A stretch of DNA of 64,000 nucleotides. It comes from Scyliorhinus canicula. Its lineage: Eukaryota. Below, piece by piece: positions 63,301 to 64,000 of this stretch. The stretch covers positions 44,467,908 through 44,531,907 of the forward strand of contig NC_052161.1 in NCBI RefSeq assembly GCF_902713615.1. The letters run 5' to 3'. How positions within the stretch are numbered: position 1 is the first letter of the stretch; each line of letters starts with the position of its first letter. The translations under genes and the position numbers were made by a program. Under the pieces are notes generated by a model. It had not been told where the DNA came from. It saw only the letters and a program-made list of their open reading frames with translations, and searched no databases.

Positions 63301-64000
63301 GGATCTTGATCGATCCAGTGCACCGTGTTAAAATCCCCCCCCATTATCAGGCCCCGGCCTCCAAATCAAGCATCTGGCCCAACATGCGCCGCATGAAACC
63401 CGCATCGTCCCAATTCGGGGCGTATACATTGACCAGCACCACCCGCTCCCCCTGCAGCTTGCCGCTTACCATCACATACCTCCCGCCGCTGTCTGCCACC
63501 ACATTCAACGCCTCAAACGACACCCTTTTCCCCACCAGGATCGCCACCCTCTTATTTTTTGCATCCAGCCCCAAATGAAACACCTGGCCTACCCATCCCT
63601 TCCTCAATCTAACCTGACCGCCACCTTCAAGTGCACCTCCTGAAGCACGGCCACATCCGCCTTCAGCCCCTTCAGGTGCGCAAACACGCGGGCCCGTTTG
63701 ACCGGCCCATTGAGGCCCCTCACATTCCAGGTTATCAGCCGGATCAGGGGGCTACCTGCCCCCCTCCCCTGCCGACTAGCCATTTCCATTCCTCAGCTCG
63801 CCATGTGCCCGCGCCCCCCCACGGCGGCAAACCCCCATCCCGACGCCCTCTACATACTCGAGCTCCTTCTTGGCCATTCCAGCAGCAACCCGGTACCCCC
63901 ACCCCACCCCCCAACCCCTCCCCCCCCCCAGCTAGGACCCCCCCTAGCTGCGTTGCTCCCTCCATTGCACTCCCGCAAGTCAGCTGACTCCTGCTGACCC
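60378..64000 (-). mobile_element. L1-clade LINE ORF2 (endonuclease through RT), frameshifted, 3' end missing
   Basis: APE motifs ITWNVRGLNG, LQE.H, NVYAPN and SRIDFF; RT motifs YRPISLLNVDAK, DAEKAFDRV, QGCPLSP and LLYADDLL. Runs off the window end. Confidence 0.95.

Overview
Repeat-dense vertebrate genomic DNA, almost certainly from a cartilaginous fish: HE1-like V-SINEs, CR1 LINEs with (TTCTTATG)n tails, fish-type L1 and Penelope termini are all present. A catshark-like species is an inference. No intact host gene, rRNA, tRNA or CRISPR is supported, so the window looks intronic or intergenic. Nearly all long ORFs are decayed transposon ORFs: three Ty3/Gypsy elements, five L1-clade LINE copies, CR1, L2 and RTEX-like LINEs, several PIF/Harbinger elements (DDE transposase, intron-containing Myb/SANT-like ORFs and MITEs), Penelope fragments and about a dozen tRNA-derived SINEs, heavily nested. 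The most interesting structures are: (1) a Gypsy 5' LTR with no tRNA primer-binding site, where a hairpin spans the LTR end and the leader is complementary to the LTR's own poly(A) signal; (2) a ~135-nt retroposed element with no tRNA head, present twice and carrying a possible H-type pseudoknot; (3) templated-repair scars; (4) head and tail swapping among SINEs. Family names come from motif recognition by eye, not database searches, and boundaries without TSDs are approximate.
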